DNA from: Oligoflexia bacterium
Lineage (GTDB): Bacteria; Bdellovibrionota_C; UBA2361; JAFLCA01
Length of the DNA: 64,000 nt
Direction of reading: 5' to 3'
NCBI GenBank assembly: GCA_019694465.1
Contig: JAIBBV010000006.1
Coordinates: 18,843 to 82,842, forward strand
Shown: positions 47,118 through 55,846 of the stretch, in pieces
Layout: each line of letters begins with the position of its first letter
How positions within the stretch are numbered: the stretch's first letter is position 1
The notes under the pieces: model-generated
The model's input: the letters and a program-made list of their open reading frames with translations, nothing else
Told to the model about the DNA's origin: nothing
Database searches by the model: none
Position numbers and translations under genes: made by a program

Positions 47118-47885
47118 TTGTGTCTTGCCCACAGGATAGCTATGAGTACAGCCGCAAATGAAAAACGCACTATTCTTGTCGCTGATGATGACGCAGACAC
47201 ACGCGCCATTGTCACAAGCGCGATTCAGATGCTTGGGCATAACAGTGTCGAAGCCGCTGATGGTAGGCAGGCTTTATCTCTGTCACGTGAACTGGGGATA
47301 GATTTGGCTGTGCTAGATATCATGATGCCGGAAGTAAATGGTAACGAAGTTTGCCAAAGTATTAAGCAAAGTGAGTTCGGACCATACATTCCAGTTTTGA
47401 TGTTGACTGCCCGCGACAATGTCAAAGACAAAGTGAGTTCATTGGATGGTGGTGCAGATGACTATCTAACTAAACCATTTCATTACCAAGAGTTGCAGGC
47501 GCGCATACGCGCGTTGCTCAGAGTTCGTGAACTGAATGAGCGGCTACGTTCACAGAACGATCAACTAAAGGCGATGCAAGCAACGATAGTTTCACAAGAG
47601 CGGCAACTGCTAGTTAATCAATTAGCCGGTACAGCTGCGCATCAGTTAGGGCAACCATTGTCAGCGATTCTATTAAATTGTCACGTGATCGAAACTTTGC
47701 CAGCCGGGGATCCTCGCGCTCAGCGCTCCCTGGCTGCTATCAAGCAAGATGCAAAACGAATGGCTGAAATGATCGAACGTCTAAGATCCGCCGATGCTTC
47801 TAAGACTCAATCGTATCACGGTAAAACTGCGATTTTGGAGCTCGACGACACAGAAAAAACAGATACAAATAAAACTGCACAATAA
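47118..47885 (+). CDS. response-regulator receiver fused to a HisKA-like dimerization/phosphoacceptor domain, no HATPase domain
   Basis: Canonical REC (…ILVADDDADTR…LAVLDIMMPEVNGNEV…VLMLTAR…DDYLTKPF…), then a coiled coil and an H-box-like …LAGTAAHQLGQPLSAIL… The protein ends after ~80 further residues with no ATP-binding G-boxes. Confidence 0.65.
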   Translation: MCLAHRIAMSTAANEKRTILVADDDADTRAIVTSAIQMLGHNSVEAADGRQALSLSRELGIDLAVLDIMMPEVNGNEVCQSIKQSEFGPYIPVLMLTARDNVKDKVSSLDGGADDYLTKPFHYQELQARIRALLRVRELNERLRSQNDQLKAMQATIVSQERQLLVNQLAGTAAHQLGQPLSAILLNCHVIETLPAGDPRAQRSLAAIKQDAKRMAEMIERLRSADASKTQSYHGKTAILELDDTEKTDTNKTAQ

Positions 47886-48019
47886 ACTAAACGGGCCTTC
47901 CCGATCCGAAGATTCAAGGGAAAGCCCGCCAAAACCTATTCACATCCTGTTAAATACCTACATGTAACCCTAAAGAAGCTTGCTCGTTCGCGCAAGAGGG
48001 TATTTTCTCTCTCGCCAGT

Positions 48020-48667
48020 TTAGATCACCTCAGCGGCGCGTTGCGCAAGAAGTTTGGCACGAATAATTTGTCGCTTGCCTGTGAAGTCGTCCCAATATGT
48101 TTGAAGACGTTTGCGAAGCATCAGGCGAGAACGATGTAACCTAGACTTTACCGCCGGAATCGAGAGATCTAAAATCTCACTTACTTCTTGATTGGAGAGA
48201 CCATCAACATCGCGCAGCACAAACACTGCTCTGTATTGATCAGGAAGCTTGTTCAATGCGGCTTCAATAATGTCTCGCATTTCTTTATTGATCGAGAGTA
48301 AGTCTGAACGATTTCCGAAAGATACTTCGCGATCTAAACACTGTTGCTTAACAGCAGGCGCCAAATCTTCAATAGCAACTGTATTGTTTTGTTTGCGCTT
48401 ACGTAACTTCATGAATGCAGCGTTCACGATGATGCGATATAGCCAGCTGGAGAAGGCTGAGTTGCCTTTGAAGCCATCGAGCTTCTGATACAGGGTGGTG
48501 AAAACATCCTGCAGTACTTCTTCGGCATCTTCCTGGTTTCGGGTGAAGCGCATGGCAAGGTTGTAGATCTTTGACTCATAGCGCTCGAGCAACTCTTCAA
48601 AGGCTTCCATTGAGCCTTTGCGGAATTTGGCAATGAGGGTCGCATCAGTAATTTTTTTCTCTTTCAT
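48020..48667 (-). CDS. ECF (sigma-24/RpoE-like) sigma factor
   Basis: Region 2 (…AEEVLQDVFTTLYQKLDGFKGNSAFSSWLYRIIVNAAFMKLRKRKQ…) and region 4 (…RAVFVLRDVDGLSNQEVSEILDLSIPAVKSRLHRSR…). Confidence 0.85.
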   Translation of the reverse strand: MKEKKITDATLIAKFRKGSMEAFEELLERYESKIYNLAMRFTRNQEDAEEVLQDVFTTLYQKLDGFKGNSAFSSWLYRIIVNAAFMKLRKRKQNNTVAIEDLAPAVKQQCLDREVSFGNRSDLLSINKEMRDIIEAALNKLPDQYRAVFVLRDVDGLSNQEVSEILDLSIPAVKSRLHRSRLMLRKRLQTYWDDFTGKRQIIRAKLLAQRAAEVI

Positions 48668-48961
48668 GGCACGTATTCCTGAAGTGTTGTGCTTTGCCTG
48701 GCTGATACATACTTCTAGCCAGCGACTGAGGTGTCTGCTGTTGGCCTAGCCCAACCGCTCCTCACGACGCCCTCTTTTGTGCCACATAGCGGGGTTAGGG
48801 TTGCCACGAACTGGTAACAACTTTGTAATAAAACTGTAAAAACGCCTGGTTCGGATGCGTTGGGTGCCAGAAACATCGGTTGAAAGCCGAAGCTTCTTGC
48901 TATATTTGCTCCGGTAAGGTGGCTAAGCTTGTAGCACTTGGATCAGTGCTAATCGACTGCG

Positions 48962-49804
48962 TTAAACAGTACCGACTTGAGCGGGACTGCCGGCGGCGCG
49001 TGTGGCAGTGTAGTCTGACTCACTAATCTTATGGTGACGAACTTTGAACACCATAATGTCGCGAAACATGCGCAACGCATCAAGGATCAAATTCACCTTT
49101 GAGCCAGGCACGTTCTTCCAGTTGATTGGAACTTCCACGATTTTCATCCTGGCCTTTCGCGCAATGTACAGAACTTCGACATCAAAGCTAAAGCCGTCAC
49201 TTTGTTGCCGCTCGAACAAGAAACGCGCTGCTGGGCCAGTGAACAACTTGAAACCGCATTGCGTGTCGGCAACAGATGGAAGAACTAACATGTTCACACA
49301 GAAATTGAAGGCTCTTCCTAAAAACTTCCTATACCAGCGTGTGATTACTTTAGTATCTGTAGAGGCTAACGCGCGGGAGCCGATGACGACCTCCGCTCCT
49401 TTGGAGAGCTCGGCTTCCAAGCGCTCCACTTCACGGAAGGGAGTGGAACCATCTGCATCAGCAAACAATACTGCTTTACCATGAGCAGTTAACATACCAA
49501 GACGTACGGCGTGACCCTTACCATAATTACGTGGAACTCGAATTAATGAGATCTGAGGCCGGATGCGCTCGAATTTCTTAACAACATCAATGGTCATATC
49601 GTTGCTGCCATCATCAACGACGATAATCTCGTAGGAGATGCCGCGCGTATCCAGATAGTCGACCATATCAATTAGAGTCGGTGGTAAGCGCCACTCTTCA
49701 TTAAATGCTGGCACAACTACGGACAGATCTACGGCGCGATCTGAGGGAGTTTGCTGATCTAGCCAACGCTCAACATCGTGATGTGAGTGCTTCTGTTGTG
49801 TCAT
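48962..49804 (-). CDS. polyprenol-phosphate glycosyltransferase (GT2; DPM1/ArnC/GtrB-like)
   Basis: …LSVVVPAFNEE…YEIIVVDDGSNDMT…GKGHAVRLGM…FADADGSTP… are classical GT2 polyprenyl-phosphate sugar transferase motifs. Confidence 0.8.
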   Translation of the reverse strand: MTQQKHSHHDVERWLDQQTPSDRAVDLSVVVPAFNEEWRLPPTLIDMVDYLDTRGISYEIIVVDDGSNDMTIDVVKKFERIRPQISLIRVPRNYGKGHAVRLGMLTAHGKAVLFADADGSTPFREVERLEAELSKGAEVVIGSRALASTDTKVITRWYRKFLGRAFNFCVNMLVLPSVADTQCGFKLFTGPAARFLFERQQSDGFSFDVEVLYIARKARMKIVEVPINWKNVPGSKVNLILDALRMFRDIMVFKVRHHKISESDYTATRAAGSPAQVGTV

Positions 49805-50783
49805 CTTGAATTGCTCTAATGCTGGCCTTCCAAGTGAGCATAATAATTGCGCCTGGAATCCCTACGACTAGGTATTGGATGATATGTTGCGCAATCACCA
49901 TAGTCAAAGCGAGTTCCTTAGGTATGCCCACCGATACCAGTACTGAAGTAGCTATAGCTTCAATTACGCCAATTGCACCAGGGGCGCTTGGAATCAGTGA
50001 GCTAAAATTGACCGCCACCATAAAGAGTACGCACTCGGATAGTGACAAATGAGCACCGAATGCCCAGGTGACTGTTACGTATACAAAAAGTTCAATCGAC
50101 CAAATTACAAGCGACCATAATGCGACTGGCAGAAACTGGCGCAGTGAACATAGAGGTGATAGTCCCTCCAGGAACACTTGCAGTTTGCCAAAAACATAGT
50201 GCGAGGCGTTGTGATTTATTCGCGCATTTAGCTTCCCGACCGTATTTAGCAGCTGTCGACGCATGAGGAGCGTGGCTATGACAGCTGCCGTTGCTCCCGC
50301 AAAAAGTAGCGCTACGTAGGAGAGGTTCTCCGAGAGTCGAGCGTCGCCAAGATGGAAGGAAAAGACTACGAAAAATACGCTTAAAGTAAGACCATCGACT
50401 AGTCGCTCGCTAGCGATGGTTGCGAGGACCAAAGTGCGTGATTCGCCAGAGGTACGGGAGCCCATATGGGCTCTAACAAGCTCACCCGCACGTGCGGGCA
50501 GAACGTTGTTCATAAAAAAGCCTAACACCAACACGCGAGCGGCTTGAATAAAATCCAGAGTTGGCTTGGGAAACAAGGACTGCCAACGGCGCGAGCGCAT
50601 GAGGTAGGAAAGACAGGTTAAGGCGACAGCTAAGCACAACCAAGTGGGTTGGGCGCTTCCCATGTGTTGTAGGAGAGTGTTCCAGTCGACGCCTCGAAAT
50701 GCTCCGTAGAGTGCTACAAGAGTAATTAGCCAAGGCGCGAGTCGCAGCGTGATTCTGATTACCGGATTACTGCTTAGTGACAC
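49770..50783 (-). CDS. flippase-like / lysylphosphatidylglycerol-synthase-TM-region family membrane protein (TIGR00374-like)
   Basis: 8-TM protein beginning …RLAPWLITLVALYGAFRGVDWNTLLQHM… Overlaps and is co-oriented with the GT2 gene, the usual GtrA/B-type pairing. Confidence 0.55.
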   Translation of the reverse strand: MSLSSNPVIRITLRLAPWLITLVALYGAFRGVDWNTLLQHMGSAQPTWLCLAVALTCLSYLMRSRRWQSLFPKPTLDFIQAARVLVLGFFMNNVLPARAGELVRAHMGSRTSGESRTLVLATIASERLVDGLTLSVFFVVFSFHLGDARLSENLSYVALLFAGATAAVIATLLMRRQLLNTVGKLNARINHNASHYVFGKLQVFLEGLSPLCSLRQFLPVALWSLVIWSIELFVYVTVTWAFGAHLSLSECVLFMVAVNFSSLIPSAPGAIGVIEAIATSVLVSVGIPKELALTMVIAQHIIQYLVVGIPGAIIMLTWKASIRAIQDDTTEALTSRC

Positions 50784-50951
50784 AAATGCTCGCCTGGACA
50801 GACAAAAACTTGATAATTACATGGGTACAATAAAGCGCAACCCAGACACGTCTATATCAAGTTAAGGCCCTGGCGCCAAGTGTAGGCGGCTGTGGGCTAT
50901 ATATTTGCTTTCATAGGGGCAACCAAATCGCCAGACTCCGGGTCACAGCGC

Positions 50952-51626
50952 CTAAGACGCTGGTTTTTCCGACATAATATCTCTAGCGATACAGCTCGCC
51001 AGGTCTCGGACCAGGCCGGCAGTATCCATGATAGTAGGGTCTTCCTTGGCCAGGTAAATGGAGCTCAGCTCAGAATTAACACCGCGCCTATATGAACTTG
51101 CAGTGGTTACGCCAGACCAGAGGGTGATGCCAGACTCAGCCTCGATAAGTTTTGTTTCCGCGCTCAGTTTATCTAAGGAAACTATTGGCTGAACTTTTCC
51201 AACCAGTATCAAATCATATCCGGCATCGCGACCGGCAGCGATGGCACCAAAATTACCCGTGGCAAACTCATCCTTCTTGGAGGGCCAGTCTTGGCGATTA
51301 AGAACCTCGACTATGGGGATCGTGTCGAGATCTACTATTTCACTGCGTACCTGCCAGGCTAGCTCGTTGCCCAGACCTGGCATTTCTGTCCCACGCGAGG
51401 CAAGGTTTGCCGGGGTTGAAAATGGAATAATCCCCAGTCGTACTGGAGCACTTGAGTCATAACGGCTACTTAGGTAGTCCGCAACAACGTTGCGCAAGTA
51501 TGCACGGGAATTGCATCGATCAAGAACGTACTGTTGTGTCAGCGAGCAGCTGACCAGACCAAGGATGGTGGAAAGTGTCAGAAGTTTGACACCAACGACG
51601 GTAAAACGGCGCAGGCTTAATAGCAT
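50952..51626 (-). CDS. lipoprotein, CsgG/LpoB/FlgO-like fold (hypothetical)
   Basis: Lipobox LVSCS, then …VRLGIIPFSTPANLASRGTEMPGLGNELAWQVRSEIV…, the pattern shared by CsgG/LpoB/FlgO-type lipoproteins. Confidence 0.4.
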   Translation of the reverse strand: MLLSLRRFTVVGVKLLTLSTILGLVSCSLTQQYVLDRCNSRAYLRNVVADYLSSRYDSSAPVRLGIIPFSTPANLASRGTEMPGLGNELAWQVRSEIVDLDTIPIVEVLNRQDWPSKKDEFATGNFGAIAAGRDAGYDLILVGKVQPIVSLDKLSAETKLIEAESGITLWSGVTTASSYRRGVNSELSSIYLAKEDPTIMDTAGLVRDLASCIARDIMSEKPAS

Positions 51627-51656
51627 AAGTATCCGTTATTCATAGGATCGACTGTC

Positions 51657-52439
51657 ATGAACTTGAACAAAACATCTACTCGCTGGACTAAACTTCTTCA
51701 ATTTACATGCCATCTATGCGCCATTGTGCTGGTTATGGCATTTGGGTCTGCTTGTAGTAAACGCTATAGCGATGTTCCAGCCTATTCACCATTCCCAATG
51801 GGCGACTATGACAATGAGTCTGCCGGTCGCTTTAAGACTTCTTACATTGTAGACCAAATCGATCACTATTATCGAGGTACAAATCCAGGTCCGATTGGTG
51901 TGACTACCTTTGTTAATGTCGATGACCTCTATTCAACTTCTACCTTTGGTCGCATGTATGCCGAGCAGGTTATGAGCGAATTGGCAATGCGCGGGTTTGA
52001 TGTGATTGAGCTTAGACATGCCGACACATTGCAATTCATGTCGGGGCGCGGTGAATTTGCGATGTCGCGCGATGTTAGTTCAGTGCGACCAGCTCGCCAA
52101 TTGGGCGGAGTAGTCGTAGGTACTTATGTGGTTTCCCCGGTACGCGTATACGTAAACGCACGACTCTTAGATCCAACTACATCAGTCGTATTGTCGGCAG
52201 GTTCGGTTGAAATGTCGAAGAGCGGTGAATTATCACGCTTGCTACGCGGGGGGGCTTTCCCAGCAACTCTTGAGCGTATCCCTGTTCGTCACGTAGGAAT
52301 TTCAACCTATCCAATGAACCTTGGGCCTTCAGAAACAGGACGTTTGTATGATTTGGAGGAGAGCGGTGGCAGTTCCACGCAGTGGCATAATGGCGGAGTT
52401 GAGCCAAAGTTTGCCCCACCTAAGGGTGCTAAGAACTAG
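51657..52439 (+). CDS. lipoprotein, same CsgG/LpoB/FlgO-like family, divergent from the previous gene
   Basis: Lipobox FGSACS, then …IGVTTFVNVDDLYSTSTFGRMYAEQVMSELAMRGFDVIELR…. Confidence 0.4.
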   Translation: MNLNKTSTRWTKLLQFTCHLCAIVLVMAFGSACSKRYSDVPAYSPFPMGDYDNESAGRFKTSYIVDQIDHYYRGTNPGPIGVTTFVNVDDLYSTSTFGRMYAEQVMSELAMRGFDVIELRHADTLQFMSGRGEFAMSRDVSSVRPARQLGGVVVGTYVVSPVRVYVNARLLDPTTSVVLSAGSVEMSKSGELSRLLRGGAFPATLERIPVRHVGISTYPMNLGPSETGRLYDLEESGGSSTQWHNGGVEPKFAPPKGAKN

Positions 52440-52524
52440 GGGAAAGTCGAATATCCCAACTGCTACACTGGCCCAATCTCATCAATACGAAGCGGGCCTT
52501 GTCGTCAGTATCTATGGGATTCTT

Positions 52525-52899
52525 CTAGTGTAAACTAAATGCGCTTGAACCACCACCTCGGTCGCCTAACCCTTTCCATTCGCGCTCGCGTGGTGAGGTT
52601 TTGCCGCGACAATAGGGGTTGTTTCGATTTTGCGATTTGGAGCAGTTAGCATAAACTCCTGATTCCTCGTTAACTAAGAATCCGAGACCTATTGAGCGCA
52701 CTGTTTCCGGGAAATACTTAGCGCCGACCATCGCAGCAACGAAGAAGCCCAATAGCCCGGCTACTGACCAGCCAATAATTCTTACCAAGCGCATATCGCT
52801 GCTGGTTAGCCCAAAGCGGGCTGCGAGTTCGTTCTTAGGAGTAGTAGGCGTATTCTCAGGCATAGGCATTGAAGTTTGCCTAAAATACTCCCTAGCCAA
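52525..52899 (-). CDS. small membrane protein, hypothetical
   Basis: One TM helix (…IIGWSVAGLLGFFVAAMVGA…) and a Gly/Arg-rich C-terminus. Weak. Confidence 0.3.
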   Translation of the reverse strand: MAREYFRQTSMPMPENTPTTPKNELAARFGLTSSDMRLVRIIGWSVAGLLGFFVAAMVGAKYFPETVRSIGLGFLVNEESGVYANCSKSQNRNNPYCRGKTSPREREWKGLGDRGGGSSAFSLH

Positions 52900-52997
52900 T
52901 ATTGCCGCAATTACTTTGAATGTTAGTCAGCATCCTGGGAGCCCGTATACACTTTAATTGGTGTATTCCAATCTTTGAATTGAGTTAAGAACGAAGT

Positions 52998-53708
52998 TTG
53001 GATAAAGTTCCTCGAGAATTATATGTGGGGAGAATGACCTTGGAAGACCTAACCACAACTCACTTGTGGGTGTGCTCATACCCTTACGTGGATAGCACCC
53101 TTTTTGTTGTTCCTCCAGCAGTGTTGGGTGATAGCTCTGCTCGCACAGCGGTGGCGATCTACGATGCGGATGGGAATACGGCTAATGAAGTTGACCTTGA
53201 GTTCCCTTCAAATCAGATTGGAATCATCGAGTTGGAATCCATAATGGGTGGGTGCAAGCTTGAGGCTGGGATCAAGCATGGACATGCTGTTGTTCAGTCG
53301 CCGGTTGGGTACTCACATTTTTGTCGTATCCACACACGTGAGGGCGCCGCTCTGATAGGAGCTCCCGCTTCTTTGACTGCCGATCATAGTTCTTTTTTCC
53401 CCATTACCTTTGACGAGGGACGCCAGTACTTCCTGGCTTTCGTAAATGAGACACGCAGTACAGCAAATGTTAAATGCCGCCTCTTCTGCGGGAAGCGTTC
53501 GCCAGAGACATTGTTGACCATTCCTCCTCTCGGCTCGCGTGTAATTCATGTGGAGACTGAGTTTCCTGATTATGCTGGCGGCGATACGGGCAAACAGCTG
53601 CAGGGTTATGTGCGTATAAGCACAAAATCTGAAGGCAGGATTGGAGTACAGTTGATTGAACGACACGCCACAAAGTCAGAAGGCGGGGTATTTAGCGCGG
53701 TAGGTTGA
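52998..53708 (+). CDS. hypothetical protein; paralog of the next gene
   Basis: C-terminal block FVNETRSTANVKCRLFCGKRSPETLLTIPPLGSRVIHVETEFPDYAGGD aligns with IVNASGEAYAPKIRVRRRLTGGDGEIELLAIDPLGPSAVIEVDLGEQFAPGD of 53710-54465. Confidence 0.45.
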   Translation: MDKVPRELYVGRMTLEDLTTTHLWVCSYPYVDSTLFVVPPAVLGDSSARTAVAIYDADGNTANEVDLEFPSNQIGIIELESIMGGCKLEAGIKHGHAVVQSPVGYSHFCRIHTREGAALIGAPASLTADHSSFFPITFDEGRQYFLAFVNETRSTANVKCRLFCGKRSPETLLTIPPLGSRVIHVETEFPDYAGGDTGKQLQGYVRISTKSEGRIGVQLIERHATKSEGGVFSAVG

Positions 53709-53709
53709 A

Positions 53710-54465
53710 ATGATTCAGAACGTGCAGTGGCTTACATTTTGTATTTCAAATGCTGTAACGCGTAGTATCGTACACTTTTTCCCATCCGCGGCTAACGTGG
53801 CCGCACCTTACTCGGCTGATTGTGCTTTAACTCTCTTTGGTCGGGACTTTCAGCGAAAAACTGTGCGACTCGAAGGAGCGCGCTTTGGCCAGCCTGATGG
53901 TTTAAGAGTGGAAGATGCTTTTCCACAATTGCAGGAGGGTACAAGTGGCTTCTTTGGTCTTGAGTTCAGTATGTCCACAACTCAACCGCGCGCAGATATA
54001 TTGTCGTCAAGTTGTCTGGTAGAGCTCTCCTCACGCGGGCACTCGTGTCGATTCAGGCCACGCCAGGCTGCTCTGCCGGAAGGCACAGTAGCAGCACGTC
54101 CAACCAAGAATTATGGACCACTTCCAGCGGTTGGCATCAAGGACGCGTTTTGTACGACCTCCCTGGTGATTGTGAACGCATCAGGCGAAGCATATGCCCC
54201 GAAGATCCGAGTGCGTCGTCGCCTGACTGGGGGAGACGGAGAAATAGAATTGTTAGCGATCGATCCACTTGGACCTAGCGCAGTAATCGAAGTGGATTTA
54301 GGCGAGCAGTTTGCTCCTGGCGATGCCACTCCGCAGGAGCAAAGTTGGGGATTAGTGCGAACTGGCGGGATATGGTTGCAAGAAGAACCGCCCAAAGACG
54401 CTGCTTTGTTCCTGATGTATCGCGATGTGGTTACACGGCGTCCCATGTCGGTGATGACTTTCTGA
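53710..54465 (+). CDS. hypothetical protein, paralog of 52998-53708
   Basis: See the shared C-terminal block above. A 2-nt intergenic gap indicates co-transcription. Confidence 0.45.
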   Translation: MIQNVQWLTFCISNAVTRSIVHFFPSAANVAAPYSADCALTLFGRDFQRKTVRLEGARFGQPDGLRVEDAFPQLQEGTSGFFGLEFSMSTTQPRADILSSSCLVELSSRGHSCRFRPRQAALPEGTVAARPTKNYGPLPAVGIKDAFCTTSLVIVNASGEAYAPKIRVRRRLTGGDGEIELLAIDPLGPSAVIEVDLGEQFAPGDATPQEQSWGLVRTGGIWLQEEPPKDAALFLMYRDVVTRRPMSVMTF

Positions 54466-54482
54466 GTTGAGGCGTTAGCTTT

Positions 54483-55274
54483 ATGAAGATTTCTGTGTTT
54501 GTGCCATTTGGGTCGCAGAGCCAAGAATCTGGGCTCATGTATCTTTTGGCAAATTACCTCAAGGCATTTTTCCCAGAAGTAGTTCAGCTCCGTTGTAATG
54601 GTGCTTTTTCTTTGTGCGACAGAGATGCTGATTCTAGCTGGACCCGTAATATTGTTAGCTGTTTTACATGCATGAACGATCAGCGCGCACTTAGCTCATG
54701 GAGCGGGATTCCAGTGCAAGACCTTTCCTCCTTTTTATCTCCGGATGATATAAGCCAGACTAAGCGTTGGGCTTTGGCGCTTACTCCCGCCAATTTTCAG
54801 CAAGCTGCTTTAGGCTCGACTAAGATTTTTGAACTATGTCGCGAGTCCTTTATGAACAGATTCGGTTTCACAGAGCCGGATCCGGCGAATAAGAACCACG
54901 AGCAGTTCTTGCGTCGTTTGCTATTGGCGACAGCGCGAATGGTCCTTGCGGCTAGGCGTTATCATATGAAGTTTGCGCCTGATTTGAGTTTGATTAGTGG
55001 CGGCGGGGATTTCCTAACCCGCACTTTCCAAAGCGAAGCGCGCGCTTGTGGCCGTGATGTGGCTTTATTCCATTGGGAAGTGGCCCAGCGAGCTATTCAG
55101 ATCCATCATCCGCGCGAAAGGAAAATGCTGGCCTGTGAGTTGGTTCCCGAGGGAATACGTGGAATGCGCTCAGATACAAAAACTTGGCCGCACGAATTGG
55201 TTACAATTATGGCAGAAATTATGAAATTTCTGGATCTTGAAGGCGGGCAACTTCGCTTGCCTATCGCGCAGTAG
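54483..55274 (+). CDS. hypothetical protein with CX7C…CXXC motif
   Basis: 263-aa ORF with an RBS; …LRCNGAFSLCDRD…SCFTCMND… No other motif. Confidence 0.45.
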   Translation: MKISVFVPFGSQSQESGLMYLLANYLKAFFPEVVQLRCNGAFSLCDRDADSSWTRNIVSCFTCMNDQRALSSWSGIPVQDLSSFLSPDDISQTKRWALALTPANFQQAALGSTKIFELCRESFMNRFGFTEPDPANKNHEQFLRRLLLATARMVLAARRYHMKFAPDLSLISGGGDFLTRTFQSEARACGRDVALFHWEVAQRAIQIHHPRERKMLACELVPEGIRGMRSDTKTWPHELVTIMAEIMKFLDLEGGQLRLPIAQ

Positions 55275-55300
55275 TAAGGCTGCTCTGAGGTTATTGGCAC

Positions 55301-55846
55301 ATGGCTGTGAGCGGAAAACTTCCCGAAGATAGTTGGGTTTGGGGGAAAGAAAAGATTATATGGGGTTTTGACCCCCAGCATAAGTATACCCTAAAGATAC
55401 TTGAGCCGCGGCCTGGGCGTGAGGGCTGTTTAAGTTTACAGTACCATGATGAGAAGAGTGAAAGCTGGGTTTGCCTAAGGGGGTCAGCTTGGATTCTCTT
55501 GGTAGTGGACGGAAAAGTTTGTACGCGCATTCTCCATCCGGGCGATATTCAAAATGTGCCTCAGGGGATTTTGCATAGAATCACAGCGATTGAGCCGGGT
55601 ACCCAGATTCTAGAGCCCTCGACACCTGACCGGCATACGGCTAACAAGCAGGTTCCTAAAGATGTTGTGCGTCTTCATTGCTATCATGGCCGGCCTGTAA
55701 GTCAGGCGCGTGACAACGCAGAAAAGGCATTAGTTTCTGAAGCAGTTATGGCTAGCGATAAGGCCATGGCCGACATTGCAGCCGGAGAGGCTCCAGCTGA
55801 GTTGAATGTCCAGATTTTATCCAAACACGGGGCGTTCACTATTTAG
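55301..55846 (+). CDS. cupin-domain protein related to the C-terminal domain of type II mannose-6-phosphate isomerase / GDP-mannose pyrophosphorylase
   Basis: …ILEPRPGREGCLSLQYHDEKSESWVCLRGSAWILLVVDGKVCTRILHPGDIQNVPQGILHRI… matches the ManC C-terminal cupin consensus (PG..lSlQ.H..R.EhW.vv.G.a.v…ge…ip.g..Hr). Confidence 0.6.
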   Translation: MAVSGKLPEDSWVWGKEKIIWGFDPQHKYTLKILEPRPGREGCLSLQYHDEKSESWVCLRGSAWILLVVDGKVCTRILHPGDIQNVPQGILHRITAIEPGTQILEPSTPDRHTANKQVPKDVVRLHCYHGRPVSQARDNAEKALVSEAVMASDKAMADIAAGEAPAELNVQILSKHGAFTI

